A stretch of DNA of 64,000 nucleotides from an uncultured Planctomycetota bacterium (lineage in GTDB: Bacteria > Planctomycetota > Planctomycetia > Gemmatales > Gemmataceae), in assembly GCA_963784995.1 (NCBI GenBank), contig CAWATZ010000006.1, forward strand, positions 264,853 through 328,852, written 5' to 3'. Numbering within the stretch: the stretch's first letter is position 1; each line of letters starts with the position of its first letter. The position numbers and the translations under genes are program-made. Below are positions 39,796 through 49,852 of this stretch, one piece after another. The notes below the pieces were generated by a model. That model saw only the letters and a list, made by a program, of their open reading frames with translations, ran no database searches and was not told the origin of the DNA.

Positions 39796-41268
39796 ATGCG
39801 TCCGCTGCTTCTGCTGCTCGCTGTTCTTGGCCTGACTCTCCCCGGCCTCGTTTGCGCTGCCGAGCCGGCCGAGAAACCGGTCCCCGAGACGGTCAGCTAT
39901 TACCGCGACGTTCGACCGATCTTTCAGCAGCACTGCCAGGGCTGCCATCAGCCGGCCAAGCCGCAGGGCGGCTACGTCATGACCAGTCACGCCGACCTGC
40001 TCAAGAACACCGAACGCGACACCCCCGGCATCGTCCCCGGCAAGGCCGCGAAAAGCTCGGTCATCGAGGTCATGCTCCCCGGCAAGGACGGCAAGGCGAG
40101 AATGCCCAAGGGCAAAGATCCCCTGGCCAGGCGCGACATCGAGGTGATCCGCAAGTGGATCGCCCAGGGGGCCAAGGACGACACGCCGGTCAGCGCCCTG
40201 GACCTGGTCGATGCCGAGCATCCGCCGATCTATCATCTGCCGCCGGTGATCAGCTCGCTGGCGTGGTCGCCCGACGGCAGCCTGCTGGCCATCACCGGCT
40301 ATCACGAGGTGCTGCTGCACAAGGGCGACGGCAGCGGCCTGGTCGGCCGGCTGGTCGGCCTGGCGGAGCGCATCCAGTCGGTGGCTTTCTCCCCCGACGG
40401 CAAGCTCCTGGCGGCCGCCGGCGGCTCCCCCGGCCGCTTTGGCGAAGTGCAGATCTGGGACGTGGAAAGACGCAAGCTCAAGCTCTCGGTGTCGGTGACC
40501 TACGATACCCTGTACGGTGTCAGCTGGTCGCACGACAGCACCAAGGTCGCTTTTGGCTGTGCCGACAACACCCTGCGGGCCATCGACGCCAGTACAGGCA
40601 AACAAGTCCTGTTCGGAGGGGCGCACAACGACTGGGTGCTGGGCACGGTCTTCTCGCGCGATTCGCGCTTCCTGATCTCGATCAGCCGGGATCGCTCGGT
40701 CAAGCTGACCGAGGTGGAAACGCAGCGCTTCATCGACAACATCACCAGCATCACGCCCGGGGCCCTCAAGGGCGGCCTGATGGCCGTGGCCCGCAACCCC
40801 AACAAGAAGGACGTCAAGGTCGTCAACACGGCCAAGGGCACCGACCAGACCGAGAAGCTCTACGACGAGATTGTCATTGCCGGCTCCGACGGCACGCCCC
40901 GGCTGTACAAGGTCCATCGCACCCAGAAACGGGTCATCGGCGACGATTTCAACAAGGTCCGCGAGTACCAGGCGCTGGCTGGCCGGATTCATTCGCTGAA
41001 CTTCAACCCGGACGGCACTCTCTTCGCCGCGGGCAGCAGCCTCGACGGCACCGGCGAGGTGCGCGTTTACCAAACTGCCGACGCCAAGGTGGTGTCGCAG
41101 CTGGCGACGCCGACCAGCGGCGTTTTCTCCCTGGCCTTCGATCCCCAGGGCAAGGTGATCGCCTCGGGCGGCTCCGATGGCAGCATCCGCCTGAGCGATC
41201 CGATGACCGGCAAGATCATCAAGGAATTTGTTCCCGTGCCGTTGACCACGACCACGGCGGGCAAGTAA
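39796..41268 (+). CDS. Planctomycete cytochrome c (PSCyt1, CxxCH) domain + WD40 beta-propeller protein
   Basis: Signal peptide MRPLLLLLAVLG. ...FQQHCQGCHQP... then WD40-like repeats. Confidence 0.75.
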   Translation: MRPLLLLLAVLGLTLPGLVCAAEPAEKPVPETVSYYRDVRPIFQQHCQGCHQPAKPQGGYVMTSHADLLKNTERDTPGIVPGKAAKSSVIEVMLPGKDGKARMPKGKDPLARRDIEVIRKWIAQGAKDDTPVSALDLVDAEHPPIYHLPPVISSLAWSPDGSLLAITGYHEVLLHKGDGSGLVGRLVGLAERIQSVAFSPDGKLLAAAGGSPGRFGEVQIWDVERRKLKLSVSVTYDTLYGVSWSHDSTKVAFGCADNTLRAIDASTGKQVLFGGAHNDWVLGTVFSRDSRFLISISRDRSVKLTEVETQRFIDNITSITPGALKGGLMAVARNPNKKDVKVVNTAKGTDQTEKLYDEIVIAGSDGTPRLYKVHRTQKRVIGDDFNKVREYQALAGRIHSLNFNPDGTLFAAGSSLDGTGEVRVYQTADAKVVSQLATPTSGVFSLAFDPQGKVIASGGSDGSIRLSDPMTGKIIKEFVPVPLTTTTAGK

Positions 41269-41385
41269 GTTTTTATCCCCTCGCCCCGAACGAGCCGCCA
41301 GGTTTATCCCGGCGGTCCTGTCCGCCGGGATAAACCCGGCGGCTCGTCAGGCGTAAGGAAAAGTACCCTCAACGAGACAGCTACC

Positions 41386-44300
41386 ATGCCGACCGCATCC
41401 CTCCTTCGCAGCCACCGTTTTCCGCTCGCCCTGCTGCTGGTCGTCCTGACCACTGCGATTCCCGCCGCTGCCCAGGAGAAACTGCCGCCGAACGTCCGGG
41501 TGATTCGCCTGGAAGTGCAGCCGACCACGATCACTCTCACCACGCCGTTCCAGTACAGCCAGCTGCTGGTGACCGGCGTGCTGCCATCCGGTGAGCGCAT
41601 CGACCTGACGCGGCTGGCGAAGATCCAGCCGCCCGCGAAGGTGGCCAGGGTCACTCCCACCGGCCAGGTCCGGCCCATCGCCGACGGCAAGGGCGCCCTC
41701 AGCGTCACCTGGGAGGACAAGATTGCCATCGTGGACGTCAAGGTGGAGGGACTGAAGCAGAAGCCGGAGGTCAGCTTTGTCCGGGACGTGATGCCGGCCC
41801 TGTCGCGCATGGGCTGCAATGCCGGCACCTGCCACGGGGCGGCCGAGGGCAAGAACGGCTTCAAGCTGTCGCTGCGCGGCTACGATCCGCTGGGCGATCA
41901 CCGCAGCCTGACCGACGACCTGGAAGGCCGGCGCTTCAACCGCGTCGCTCCGGAAAAGAGCCTGATGCTGCTCAAGACCTCCGGTGCCATTCCCCACGTC
42001 GGCGGCGTCGTCACCCAGCCGGGCGAGCCTTACTACGAGCTGCTCCAGCTCTGGATCGCCCAGGGCGTCAAGCTGGACGTGAACAGCACCCGCGTCAGCA
42101 AGATCGACAATCCAGCCGCGCTCGGTCAGCATCCCGCTGCCGGGGATGAAGCAGCAGATGGCCGTGGTCGCCACCTTCGCCAACGGCAGCGTCCGCGACG
42201 TGACCTCCGAGGCCTTCATCGACAGCAGCAACACCGAGGTGGCCACGGTGGACCGCAGCGGCACCGTGACGGCCGTCCGCCGCGGCGAGGCCACCATCAT
42301 GGTCCGCTACGAGGGGAACTACGCGGCCAGCACCCTCTTTGTGATGGGCGACCGCAGCGGCTTTGTCTGGAAGCCGGTCGAGGGCCAAGGCGTCATCGAC
42401 TCGCTGGTCTACGACAAGCTGAAACAGGTCAAGGTGCTGCCCAGCGACCTCTGCACCGACGCCGAGTTCGTCCGCCGGGTCTATCTCGACCTGACCGGTC
42501 TGCCGCCGCAGCCCGAACAGGTCCGGGCCTTCCTGCACGACACCCGCCCGAGCCGGTTCAAGCGCGACGAACTGATCGACAAGCTGATCGGCAGCCCCGA
42601 TTTCATCGAGCACTGGACCAACAAGTGGGCCGACCTGCTTCAGGTGAATCGCAAGTTCCTGGGCGACAAGGGCGCGACCGCTTTTCGCGGCTGGATTCGC
42701 AAGTCCGTCGCCGAGAACATGCCCTACGACAAGTTCGCCCGCGCCATCCTGACGGCCAGCGGCTCCAACGTGGACAATCCACCGGCCAGCTATTTCAAGG
42801 TGCTGCGCGAGCCCGACGCGGTCATGGAGAACACCACCCAGCTGTTCCTGGCGGTGCGCTTCAACTGCAACAAGTGCCACGATCATCCCTTCGAGCGCTG
42901 GACCCAGGACCAGTATTACCACCTGGCCGCCTTCTTCGCCCAGGTCGGCCGGGCCGAGGACCCGCGCTACAAGGGCCAGAAGCTCGGCGGCACCGCGGTC
43001 GAGGGGGCCAAGCCGCTGGTGGAGGTGATTTCCGACCTCAAGGGCGGCGACGTGAAGCACGCCCGCACCGGGGCCGTCTCGGCACCGGTCTTCCCCTACA
43101 AGCACAACGACCTGGCCCCCGCCACCGCGACCCGGCGCGAGCAGGTCGCCCACTGGATCACCAGCACGGAGAACGTCTACTTCGCTCGCAGTTACGTCAA
43201 CCGCCTCTGGAGCTACCTGCTGGGCGTCGGCCTGATCGAGCCGGTCGATGACATCCGGGCGGGCAACCCGCCGAGCAACCCGAAACTGCTCGACTTCCTC
43301 ACCGACGAGTTCGTCAAGAACGGCTTCAACACCCGGCACGTGATCCAGATGATCTGCAAGTCGCGCGTCTACCAGCATTCGGTGGTGGCCAACGACTGGA
43401 ACAAGGACGACGACATCAACTACGCCCGCGCCCTGCCGCGCCGGCTGTCGGCCGAGGTGCTTTTCGATTCGATCCACAGCGTCACCGGCTCGGTAAGCCG
43501 GCTTCCTGGCCTGCCGGCCGGCAGCCGGGCCGCCCAGATGCTCGACTCCACTGTCGATGCCCCCGGCGGCTTCTTCAACCTGTTCGGCAAGCCGCCGCGC
43601 GAGAGCGCCTGTGAATGCGAACGCAGCACCAGCCTGATGCTGGGGCCGGTGCTGAACCTGGTCAATGGCCCCATCCTGGCCGATGCGGTCCGCGATCCGA
43701 GCAACCGCATTGCCAGGGTGCTGGCCGCCGAGAAGAACGACACCAGGGTGGTCGAGGAACTGTACCTGGCCGCCCTGTGCCGGCCGCCGACCCCCGGCGA
43801 GCTGAAAGCCGCCCTGGAGACGCTGAAGGCGGGTGAGGCCGACTTCGATGAGATGCTGGCGGAAGGCAAACGGCGTCAGGAGGCGCTGAATGCCTACGAG
43901 AAGCAGCTCAACGAACGGCAGGCCAAGTGGGAGACCGCCATGAAGCAGGCACCGGTGTGGGTCCCGGTTGGGATTACCAAGGCCGTTGCCAAGGGGGCTG
44001 GCGTGACCCTGAAAACGCAGCCGGACGGCTCCGTGCTGGCCAGCGGCGCCAACCCCGCTAACGACACCTATACCGTGACGGCGACCACTCCGCTGAAGGG
44101 AATCACCGCCATTCGCCTGGAGGCGCTGCCCGACCCGAGCCTGCCCGCCAAGGGCCCAGGCCGGTCCGGCGGCGGTAACTTCGTGCTGAATTATTTCAAG
44201 GTGGACGCCAGGGAGGCAGGGGCGGCGGGAGCGGGCCGGCCGCTGGCCCTGTTCAACGCCTCGGCGACCTTTGCCCAGGACAAATTCCCGGCCGCCAACG

Positions 44301-44731
44301 CTCTGCTCAACCAGCCCACGACCGGCTGGGCCATCTTCCCGCAGGTCGGCAAGGCCCACTCGATCTTTTTCCAGCTGCGCGAGCCGCTGACCACGACCAA
44401 GGACGCGGAATTGACCTTCACCCTGCAATCGCGCTTCGGCACGCAGCACGTCCTCGGCAAGTTCAGGCTGTACGTGACCACCACCAGGCCGCCGCTGGCC
44501 CTGCCGCCGCTGCCGGAGAACGTGGCCCGCATCCTGAACACCGAGCCGGCCAAGCGGACGGCCCAGCAGAAGGCGGAGCTGACCCGGGTGTTCCGGGGCC
44601 AGGATCAGGAACTGACCCGGCTGCAGCGGGCGGTGGCGGAACACGGCATGCCGGTGGACCGCCGCCAGCCGGGGGCGCAGGACCTGATGTGGGCGCTGCT
44701 GAACTCCAAGGCGTTCCTGTTCAATCGGTGA
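41386..44731 (+). CDS. DUF1549/DUF1553 (PSCyt2/PSD1) protein with Big_2 domain; frameshift near 42130
   Basis: ...MGCNAGTCHGAAEGKNGFKLSLRGYDP...; Big_2 ...MKQQMAVVATFANGSVRDVTSEAF...; ...CNKCHDHPFERWTQDQYY...; DUF1553 ...SYVNRLWSYLLGVGLIEPVDD... Confidence 0.7.
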
Positions 44732-44740
44732 CCCGACTCT

Positions 44741-44890
44741 TCCTCCCCTCTCCCCGCTGGGGAGAGGGGTTGGGGGTGAGGGGTGGATTGTGTCGATTTA
44801 TCGTTTCGCGCTGGGCCGAGTGAGCGCGAAACGATAAATCAAATGCAACCCCTCACCCCCAACCCCTCTCCCCAGCGGGGAGAGGGGAGG
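44741..44890. repeat. REP-like composite palindromic element copy 2 (complete 150-bp nested palindrome)
   Basis: Both halves present: CCTCCCCTCTCCCCGCTGGGGAGAGGGGTTGGGGGTGAGGGG ... GATTTATCGTTTCGCGCT...AGCGCGAAACGATAAATC ... CCCCTCACCCCCAACCCCTCTCCCCAGCGGGGAGAGGGGAGG. Confidence 0.75.
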
Positions 44891-44904
44891 AAAATGCACC
44901 ACGG

Positions 44905-47156
44905 ATGGTGTCTCCCGTGATCTGTCTCGTTGCCAACGACCTGGCCCATCTGATCCGCAACGGCGGCGTTGGCACGTACTTCTGGCTGCTGGCGCATCTC
45001 CTGGCCCGCAAGGGCCTTCCCGTCTTCCTCCTCTACGCCAACGACCCCATCGAGAACCCCTCGGCCCTTCCGGACGTCCGCCGGCGACTGGAGAAAGCGG
45101 GCATCGGCTTCGCCACCCTGGCGGACTTTCCCGTTCCGCCGCACTGGCATCTTCCCACCCACGGCAGCAACCCGCTCCTGCAGCGCAGTGAGCGGGTCCG
45201 CTTCGTGCTGGAGCATCTGCAGCAGCGTCATCGCTTTGACCTGATCGAGTTTGCCGACTGGGGCGCGTGTGGTTTTCGCTCCGTCCAGGCCCGGCGGACC
45301 GGGCTGGCGTTCGCGGACGCTGCGCATCCTGGTCCGGCTGCACGGCTCCAGCCAGTGGGGACGGGCCGGCAACCTCCAGGGACTCACCAGCAAGGAGGAC
45401 CTGCGCCTCGATTTCGCCGAGCAGCACGCCTTCGATCACGCCGACGTTCAGCGCAGCCCCACCCGCTACGTGCTTGAGCAGGCCCGCGCCAGTGGCTGGG
45501 TGGTCCGAGCCGACGCCCAGGTGGATGGCTATCCCTTTCCCGACCGGCCTGACAGGCCGGGCGACTCCTCGGGAGAAGTCCGGGAGATCGTGTTCTTCGG
45601 CCGGCTGGAAGTGCGCAAGGGACTGCTGCTGTTCCTGGAGGCGTGCCGGCACCTGACACCGCTGCCGCTCGCTTTTGTCGGCAAGGACACCGTGTTGCCG
45701 GACGGCCGACGTGCTTCGGCCGTGATCCGGCAAGCGCTGCCGGGCCGGCGCGTTTCCCTTCACACCAATCTCGACCACGCGCAGGCCCTGGCCTATCTGC
45801 GGCAGCCCGGCCGGCTGGCCGTGCTGCCCTCGCTGGCCGACAACCTCCCCTTCGCCTTGATCGAGTGCGGCACCCAGGGCATCCCGTTCCTCGCATCTCA
45901 CGTTGGCGGCATTCCCGAACTGCTGGCCGATCCGGACTTGCAGCGGCAGTTGCTTTTCCAGCCGACTGCACCGGACCTGCTGCGCTGTCTGCGCTCCTAC
46001 CTCGACACCAGCGCGAGCCAGCGCCGATGCGGGACGGAGGAACTGTACCAGCGCCTTGACCCGGGATGGAACAACGACCGGCTGGTTGAGGGATACGCGA
46101 TGGTTAGCCGCGACGCGGAGCGCAGCGCAGCGGAGCGCGGAGAGGCCCCACCGAACGGAGCCTCTCCGCGCTCCGCTGCGCTGCGCTCCGCGTCGCGGCT
46201 AACGAACGGTGTTCCCGAACGGATTGGGCGAACCCACACACTGGTGAGCGTCGTCGTCCCCCACTTCAACCTGCCTGATTACCTCCCGGAGGCGTTGGCG
46301 TCGCTGGCCTGCCAGTCTTACCCTCATCTGGAGATCCTCGTCGTCGATGACGGCTCCACCTGTCCGCGGGCCTTGCAAGTCGTGGCCGAGCAGGAACGCC
46401 TTTATCCGCACTTCCGCTTTCTGCGAACCGGCAACGCCGGTCCGGGAGCCGCCCGCAACGCCGGCCTGGCCGAGGCCCGGGGCGATTTTGTGCTGATGTT
46501 CGACGCGGACAACGTCGCCCTGCCACACTTGGTCGAAACCCTGGTGCGCGGGCTGGAGCGTCTGCCCGAGGTGGCGGCCCTGACCTGTCCGGTCCTGGGC
46601 GTCTCCGATTCTCCCAACCCGGCCGGCCGGCGACCGGTCCTGGTCAATGCCTTCGCGGGCGGCCCGGTCTTGCTCGCCTGCCTGGAGAACGTCTTCGGCG
46701 ACAGCACCGCCCTGTTCCGGGCCGATGCCCTGCGTGCCGTCGGCGGCTTTGACACGGATCGCTCCACTCCCTGGGAGGACTGGCTGACCTACCTCCGACT
46801 TGATCCAGGCCGGTTTCCAGATCGAAACGGTCCCGACCTTCCTGTTCCATTACCGCGTTCGCCGGGGTAGCTACACGGCCGGGCTGATCCAGGGACCGGC
46901 GGACCGAGATCGGCTCCTGCAAATCCTGCTGCAACGCGGCTTCTCCGGCCCGGACTTGCCGCCGGGGGTCCGCCCGGCCAGCCTCTGGGCCATCGCGGTC
47001 CAGTTCGGGCTGCTCAGCGACCGCCAGAACACACTCCGCCATCGCCTGCTGGAGCAGATCAACAAACGACTGCGGCGAATGCCCCGGTTGCACGCCGGAC
47101 TTAAACGGTTGCTCCAGCTGCTGCTCGGGCTGGTGCGCTGGTCGGTGCGCGGATAA
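44905..47156 (+). CDS. Bifunctional glycosyltransferase (N-terminal GT4 / GT1-fold, C-terminal GT2); two apparent frameshifts (~45305, ~46795) and an in-frame 99-bp palindrome in the interdomain linker
   Basis: GT4 N-domain GGVGTYFWLLAHLLARKG and C-domain EIVFFGRLEVRKG. GT2 ...VSVVVPHFNLPDYLPEALASLACQSYPHLEILVVDDGS... Confidence 0.55.
46104..46202. repeat. 99-bp perfect palindrome (43-bp arms, 13-nt loop CCCACCGAACGGA) inside the GT4-GT2 coding sequence, translated in-frame as 33 aa (...SRDAERSAAERGEAPPNGASPRSAALRSASRLT...)
   Basis: TTAGCCGCGACGCGGAGCGCAGCGCAGCGGAGCGCGGAGAGGC (46104-46146) is the exact reverse complement of 46160-46202. Length is divisible by 3. Confidence 0.7.
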
Positions 47157-47166
47157 CGAGGACTCC

Positions 47167-48615
47167 GTGGAGAATTGCTCCGGGACGTGGTATAGTGAAT
47201 CCTTGCACGCGCTTCCCGTGAGACAGGTGACACCCGTGGAACCCTCCGCATCTCTGGAAAAACGCCTGCTGGGACAGACCCTGGCCGGCAAGTACGAGCT
47301 GGTCGAGGTCCAGGCCAGCGGCGCCTTCGGCACCGTGTTCCGGGCCAGGCAGTATTTCTGCAAGCAGCTGATGCGTCCGGTGGCCGTCAAGGTGTCCCGC
47401 CAGAGCGGCCTGACCGAGGAGACCGCTCCCTATCTCTTCAGCGACGCCCTCGTCCTGGCCCAGCTGCTGGCCAGCAGCGATCATCACGAGGGCAGCCGGC
47501 ACCTGGTGCAGATTTACGACATGGGTCTGCTGCCCGAGCACGAGGACCGCGCTTACCTGGCGATGGAGTACGTCAACGGCCTGCCGCTGCTGTCGCACAT
47601 GCGGGCGGCGGGTCGGTTCAGCGTGATGACGGGGCTGCGCTTCATCAAGCAGATCTGCCGGGCCCTGGCCCTGGTCCACAAGCAAGGGGCGGTCCACCGC
47701 GACCTGAAGTCCGACAACATCCTGATCGACCGCAAGGGCGTGGTGCGCGTGGTCGATTTCGGCATCGCCGCGTATACCGACAGTCGGCTGGGCTTCGTCC
47801 CCGGAGCGATGGGCACCTTCACCTACATGGCCCCCGAAACCGTGCTGGGCCGATCGACGCCGGCCTCCGACATTTACAGTCTCGGCCTGCTGACGTACGA
47901 GCTGTTCACCGGCGGCGGGCCGCACCTGCACGCTCCCTGGAAGACCGACGAGGGCGACCACCGCGACGAGCATTACCGGATCAAGAAGGAGTTCGCGTTT
48001 CCGCCGCCGTCGCAGGTCCAGAACGAGATCCGCAACGACTATCGCTGGCTGGACGAGCTGGTGCGCCGCTGCCTGGATGTCGAGCCGGAACGGCGCTTTG
48101 CCGATGCCGGCCAGCTGCTCGCCGCCATCGAAACCTGCGAGGCCGGCGGCGAGCTGCCGCCGGTGCAGGCGCCGCCTCGGGAGGGCGAGGCTCCTGCCGA
48201 GCCGGGAAGGCCTTGGGCTCGGCAGCACGCTGAACCTGGCGCTAAAGCCACTCCCAGTTCCGAGATCGACGCGGAAACGGAGAAGCTGTTCCGCGAGGTG
48301 CGCCGGCTGCTGGCCAGCAAGGCGTTCGATCAGGCCATTGACCGGCTTGACGTTCACCGCCCGCCGGAATGGGCCGTGGCCAACCTGATGGGAGCGCGGA
48401 CCCTGCGGTTGCTGGCCCAGGCGTACCTGGGCCGCGGCGACCTGCCGGCGGCGCGGGAGTGCCTGGAGCAGCTGCAGACCATCCAGAAGGAGCAGCAACT
48501 GCTGCCGCGAGCCGACTATGCGGCCGCGCTCTCGGACCTGTTCCGGTGCTACCGGAGCATGGGGTTGACGGAGCTGGCCCAGGCGTGCCAGGAAGAGGCG
48601 CGGAAATTGATGTGA
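47167..48615 (+). CDS. Serine/threonine protein kinase with C-terminal TPR-like helical region
   Basis: Hanks motifs GxGxxG-like, VAVK, HRDLKSDNIL, DFG, APE. Confidence 0.8.
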   Translation: MENCSGTWYSESLHALPVRQVTPVEPSASLEKRLLGQTLAGKYELVEVQASGAFGTVFRARQYFCKQLMRPVAVKVSRQSGLTEETAPYLFSDALVLAQLLASSDHHEGSRHLVQIYDMGLLPEHEDRAYLAMEYVNGLPLLSHMRAAGRFSVMTGLRFIKQICRALALVHKQGAVHRDLKSDNILIDRKGVVRVVDFGIAAYTDSRLGFVPGAMGTFTYMAPETVLGRSTPASDIYSLGLLTYELFTGGGPHLHAPWKTDEGDHRDEHYRIKKEFAFPPPSQVQNEIRNDYRWLDELVRRCLDVEPERRFADAGQLLAAIETCEAGGELPPVQAPPREGEAPAEPGRPWARQHAEPGAKATPSSEIDAETEKLFREVRRLLASKAFDQAIDRLDVHRPPEWAVANLMGARTLRLLAQAYLGRGDLPAARECLEQLQTIQKEQQLLPRADYAAALSDLFRCYRSMGLTELAQACQEEARKLM

Positions 48616-48660
48616 GCCCAAGCCTGGCCTTCGGCGGCCGAGAGCGCACTGATTCAGGGA

Positions 48661-49212
48661 GTGACCATGCCGTTGCGACTGCCCCACGGACGACAGATCC
48701 CTGTGCCCGCCCCGACGTTCGGCGCGAAGATGCTGAACGTGCCCTGGATCAAACAGGAGCAGTCCAACTGGTGCTGGGCAGCCTGCCAGCAGATGGCCTT
48801 CCGGTACTACGGCAATCTGACGGCCCGACAGTGCGATTTCGCCAGCTATTTGTTCGGCGTGCCAGGCAACGGGTGCTGTTCTGCTCCTTCGAGCGCCCTT
48901 TGTAACAAGGGTGCCAACGCCAACCAGATCGTCCAGGGTTACAATGTTTTTGGCTTGCGCTGCACCGCTTCTGCCGGCGCCCTGCCGTTCGGGGCCGTTC
49001 AAGTTGAGATCGACATGGGCAACCTGGTGGAGTGCGGCATCAAGTGGATCGGCCCGGGAGGGCACGTGGTTCTCATCGTCGGCTGGTATGACCAGCAGAA
49101 GGTCCATGTCAATGACCCTTTCTCCGGCCACGGTGTCGTTGCCTACAATGACGTTGTGACCGGTTACGGGCAAGGGAGCTGGATCGTTTCCTTCACCGGA
49201 ATTCGGAGGTAA
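48661..49212 (+). CDS. Peptidase C39-like papain-fold cysteine peptidase domain protein (start may be M at 48730)
   Basis: ...QEQSNWCWAACQQMAFRYYG... (Q..C..A.L.M....G catalytic-Cys motif) and ...GGHVVLIVGW (His motif). Confidence 0.6.
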   Translation: MTMPLRLPHGRQIPVPAPTFGAKMLNVPWIKQEQSNWCWAACQQMAFRYYGNLTARQCDFASYLFGVPGNGCCSAPSSALCNKGANANQIVQGYNVFGLRCTASAGALPFGAVQVEIDMGNLVECGIKWIGPGGHVVLIVGWYDQQKVHVNDPFSGHGVVAYNDVVTGYGQGSWIVSFTGIRR

Positions 49213-49214
49213 GC

Positions 49215-49781
49215 ATGGCTCACGCGGATGTCTTGCCGGACGCTGTCCTCGATGCCCTGGCCGCCAAGGTCGGAGTTCCGCTGGCGGAGTTCGGCTCCTA
49301 TGCTCAGCAACCGCAACCGGCGGCTGAATTGAGCGAGACGTTTGCCGTCTGGTCCCTGAATCCGACGGCCGTCTTGACACCCGACGTGGACTTCGCGAAA
49401 CTCGTCACCCAGACCGGCCGATGGCACCACCAGATCAAGGTTGGCGGCCAGGCGACTGCTTTCGCTCGCTCGATGCCCCTCGGAACGGACGCCGCGAGTT
49501 GGGAGGTCACTCAGCTCTTCCAGTCCGACATCCCGCCGAAGATCGACCGGGCAATCGATTGGGTGGACAGCAACGTCAAAGGCGATCCGGTGGTTCGCCT
49601 CTTGATTGTGCCGTCGTACTACCTCACTGCCTTCTGGCTGTCGGACGGCAACAACAATCAAGTTTACGTCATTGACGCGCCTTCCAGCTTGACGCAGGTC
49701 CATGCCGGGACGCTGTACTCTGCCAGGGAGTTTCTCCAGAAACTGGCGCAAGAACAACCTGCTTCTGGCTTCCTGGCCTGA
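49215..49781 (+). CDS. Hypothetical protein, operonic partner of the C39-like peptidase (starts 3 nt after its stop)
   Basis: Coding-like. No homology recognised. Confidence 0.5.
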   Translation: MAHADVLPDAVLDALAAKVGVPLAEFGSYAQQPQPAAELSETFAVWSLNPTAVLTPDVDFAKLVTQTGRWHHQIKVGGQATAFARSMPLGTDAASWEVTQLFQSDIPPKIDRAIDWVDSNVKGDPVVRLLIVPSYYLTAFWLSDGNNNQVYVIDAPSSLTQVHAGTLYSAREFLQKLAQEQPASGFLA

Positions 49782-49852
49782 CAGAGGAGAAAAGCGTCAG
49801 GCCCGCGTGAGCCAGCTGCTGAACCTGGTCGATTCCAAACCTCCTGATTGCC

